A stretch of DNA of 64,000 nucleotides from Phoronis australis (taxonomy: Eukaryota; Animalia; Phoronida), in NCBI GenBank assembly GCA_002633005.1, contig NMRA01000294.1, forward strand, positions 364,948 through 428,947, in the 5' to 3' direction. Made by a program: the position numbers and the translations under genes. The notes beneath the pieces were generated by a model. That model made no database searches. It saw only the letters and a program-made list of their open reading frames with translations, and had not been told where the DNA came from. Shown in pieces: positions 44,247 to 64,000 of this stretch. Positions within the stretch are counted from its first letter, which is position 1; every line of letters begins with the position of its first letter.

Positions 44247-45128
44247 CAGTACTTACTAATAACATTGAGCTTTTGTCACTCCAACAGAACACTGTAACGT
44301 GCCTGCGTCATCATATGCTGCTCTTTCAGTCTTGAGTAGCACGTGACCAAAACTCCAATAAACAAGTGGGCACAAAAGCACTAGAGATTTTGACAAACTT
44401 TACTCTTCAAACGGCTTATATTCGAAATTAAACAGATGTGCAACAAAGCTGTCAAAGGCCGACATTGTCCAGTTAACTTTCAGTACAGGATGACTCTTGA
44501 ATGGTAACATTTGAAACTCCTGATTTCAAACTACCGTCAATCGCTGGAAAGTATTACAACCGCTCGGAACAGCAAAACTCGCAGAAGCGGGACGTACATA
44601 AGTAAGACAAGTCTAAAGTTCAACATCACAGTCATTCTAGTCCATATACACTTGAATGTCCACTTAAGTACCTTAAAGCAGGAATAAAATCTGCTGGGAT
44701 CCGACTTGTGCCAGTTTTACTGTACATCAGTTGGATTGCACAAGTTCAATAAATGTTTATCTTTGGTTAACGCCGTACTTGACCCCTGTTAGATATATAA
44801 TATAAACCCCTGTTAGAAATATAATATAATATAAATTTTAATCTGGATTAATTGAGCAACTAAAAGATTGACCAGTGGTGTCACATTTGGGGTGGATACT
44901 TGCACATGACCACTATGTTCCAGAACATCGTAGTGATGTAAACGAGGCATTACTTAAAACTTCATATATCCCGTCTAGAGTGCATTTGTAAACCGGTCGA
45001 CAAATTTAACCACACAGTTGCATCTCTCATGTTAATATGGTAATTTCACTAATGGTAAAATATAATCACTTGATAAGAACTAGGGAATACAAGTCATAAA
45101 CTGAAAATGATTATGTCAGGGTCTTCTC

Positions 45129-61977
<16,849 letters not shown>

Positions 61978-62925
61978 CTGAAAACTACTTCAAGTTAGTT
62001 CAATAAATGCATCACAGCTACATAGGAAAGCAAAACTAAGACTTTGTTTCCATTTTTGCAAAAGGCAAATTATAATTTTAAACTACTTAAACTAAATATG
62101 TCCAATAGTTGAGAGAACGTCGTCATACATATATCTTGACAAAGTCATCGGATTCAATAGTGATACTAATTGTAGTCAATACAATAAACACGAAAAATGG
62201 CAAAAGATATATCAAGCCGTATTTTTTTCAAAATTTAGAAAAGGCAAAACAATATTTGGATAAATTTAAATAGTCCATATAGCTAATACCTAACAATTAT
62301 TTTTAAAATAAGCTGGACAGCATTAAAGTTCGAGTTCTACTGCACAAAACCATAACTAATGCATTCATTTTGTTTTTGGCTAGATCACATTTCAACAAAT
62401 TCTCAACATCTTGATAGCTGTAGATCCACTAACATGTGAGTCCATTAACAAATAAACAGCTAGCAGGTAGATGCAATGATGTCACATTAATCTCAGTCTA
62501 AAGATCACCAACAATGCCATTTTATTGTGACAAATGTTTGCCTAATAAATAAATGCGAATAATTCTGGCAAGAAGTGTGAAGAGTCTGACAGCATTCCGT
62601 TAAAGTCTAGCTTCTAGTTTATTTTGAAAACTCATGCACGTCAAGAATAACAAAAACCCTGCATTAAGCAGGCCATGTTTCAAATCAGATTATTGATAAG
62701 TGTGTGTTTAATGTGGACACTACGAACATCAGGTAATTGTACATTTCCAATTTGTTGATTATTAAACACAACATACCCTTAACAAGTTCACTCTATTGAC
62801 TAGTACAGTTCATGACATGAATATCTAAGATTAAAGCTAAACTGTGAAGGATGTTGTATGTTGGCATAACAACTTGAGATTCTGAACAAGTCAGTGGCTT
62901 GGGAAACAAAGGTTCAAATCCTAGT

Positions 62926-63110
62926 TACACAAGTATGCAGTCAAACACATGAGTATGAAGTCAAACACATGAGTATGAAGTCAAACACACGAGTATGCAT
63001 TCAAACACACAAGTATGCAGTCAAACACACGAGTATGCAGTCAAACACACAAGTATGCAGTCAAACACACGAGTATGCAGTCAAACACACAAGTATGCAG
63101 TCAAACACAC
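62926..63110. repeat. 20-bp minisatellite running into the assembly gap at 63111-63919
   Basis: CACAAGTATGCAGTCAAACA / CACGAGTATGCAGTCAAACA, at least 9 copies. Confidence 0.93.
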
Positions 63111-63988
63111 NNNNNNNNNNNNNNNNNNNNNNNNNNNNNNNNNNNNNNNNNNNNNNNNNNNNNNNNNNNNNNNNNNNNNNNNNNNNNNNNNNNNNNNNNN
63201 NNNNNNNNNNNNNNNNNNNNNNNNNNNNNNNNNNNNNNNNNNNNNNNNNNNNNNNNNNNNNNNNNNNNNNNNNNNNNNNNNNNNNNNNNNNNNNNNNNNN
63301 NNNNNNNNNNNNNNNNNNNNNNNNNNNNNNNNNNNNNNNNNNNNNNNNNNNNNNNNNNNNNNNNNNNNNNNNNNNNNNNNNNNNNNNNNNNNNNNNNNNN
63401 NNNNNNNNNNNNNNNNNNNNNNNNNNNNNNNNNNNNNNNNNNNNNNNNNNNNNNNNNNNNNNNNNNNNNNNNNNNNNNNNNNNNNNNNNNNNNNNNNNNN
63501 NNNNNNNNNNNNNNNNNNNNNNNNNNNNNNNNNNNNNNNNNNNNNNNNNNNNNNNNNNNNNNNNNNNNNNNNNNNNNNNNNNNNNNNNNNNNNNNNNNNN
63601 NNNNNNNNNNNNNNNNNNNNNNNNNNNNNNNNNNNNNNNNNNNNNNNNNNNNNNNNNNNNNNNNNNNNNNNNNNNNNNNNNNNNNNNNNNNNNNNNNNNN
63701 NNNNNNNNNNNNNNNNNNNNNNNNNNNNNNNNNNNNNNNNNNNNNNNNNNNNNNNNNNNNNNNNNNNNNNNNNNNNNNNNNNNNNNNNNNNNNNNNNNNN
63801 NNNNNNNNNNNNNNNNNNNNNNNNNNNNNNNNNNNNNNNNNNNNNNNNNNNNNNNNNNNNNNNNNNNNNNNNNNNNNNNNNNNNNNNNNNNNNNNNNNNN
63901 NNNNNNNNNNNNNNNNNNNCGCACATTTCTTATTGGGAAAGCCAGATTTTCAAAAATTAATCGCTCAGACCATTTGAGTCTCATTTAC

Positions 63989-64000
63989 CTGCAATTATAC
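63989..64000 (-). CDS. Possible 3' end of an upstream ACSM exon (..CIIA|)
   Basis: The minus strand reads GTATAATTGCAG|GTAAAT, which would give (C)IIA plus a phase-1 donor. That resembles the CII[AT] segment preceding the 61977 exon in ACSMs, but it needs an unseen linking exon, possibly in the 63111-63919 gap. Confidence 0.35.

Overview
Intron-rich, AT-rich animal DNA, probably an invertebrate bilaterian; the species cannot be determined from this window. There are three spliced genes, all assembled by hand from GT-AG junctions. (1) The 3' part of TM9SF3 (+, 11 exons, 108-10538). (2) A complete TMEM184B-like CDS (+, 23613-41861). (3) The 3' part of a medium-chain acyl-CoA synthetase, ACSM-like (-, 61977-45129), tail-to-tail with TMEM184B. 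The strongest finding is that TMEM184B has three tandem paralogous 91-nt versions of its third coding exon (28772-28862, 33810-33900, 34320-34410). They look like a mutually exclusive exon cassette, with candidate RNA-pairing and Rbfox control elements nearby. Two minisatellites are made of real splice junctions: a TMEM184B acceptor and an ACSM donor. Helentron/HINE-like repeats carry phased arrays of CTCF-consensus-like motifs. Introns and intergenic DNA hold many non-autonomous DNA transposons with visible TIRs and TSDs, a Tc1 remnant, an L1/Tx1 3' remnant, about 10 minisatellites, three N-gaps and one probable haplotype-overlap assembly artefact. Most ORF-track entries are spurious. Family assignments rest on my recall of these families, not on database searches.
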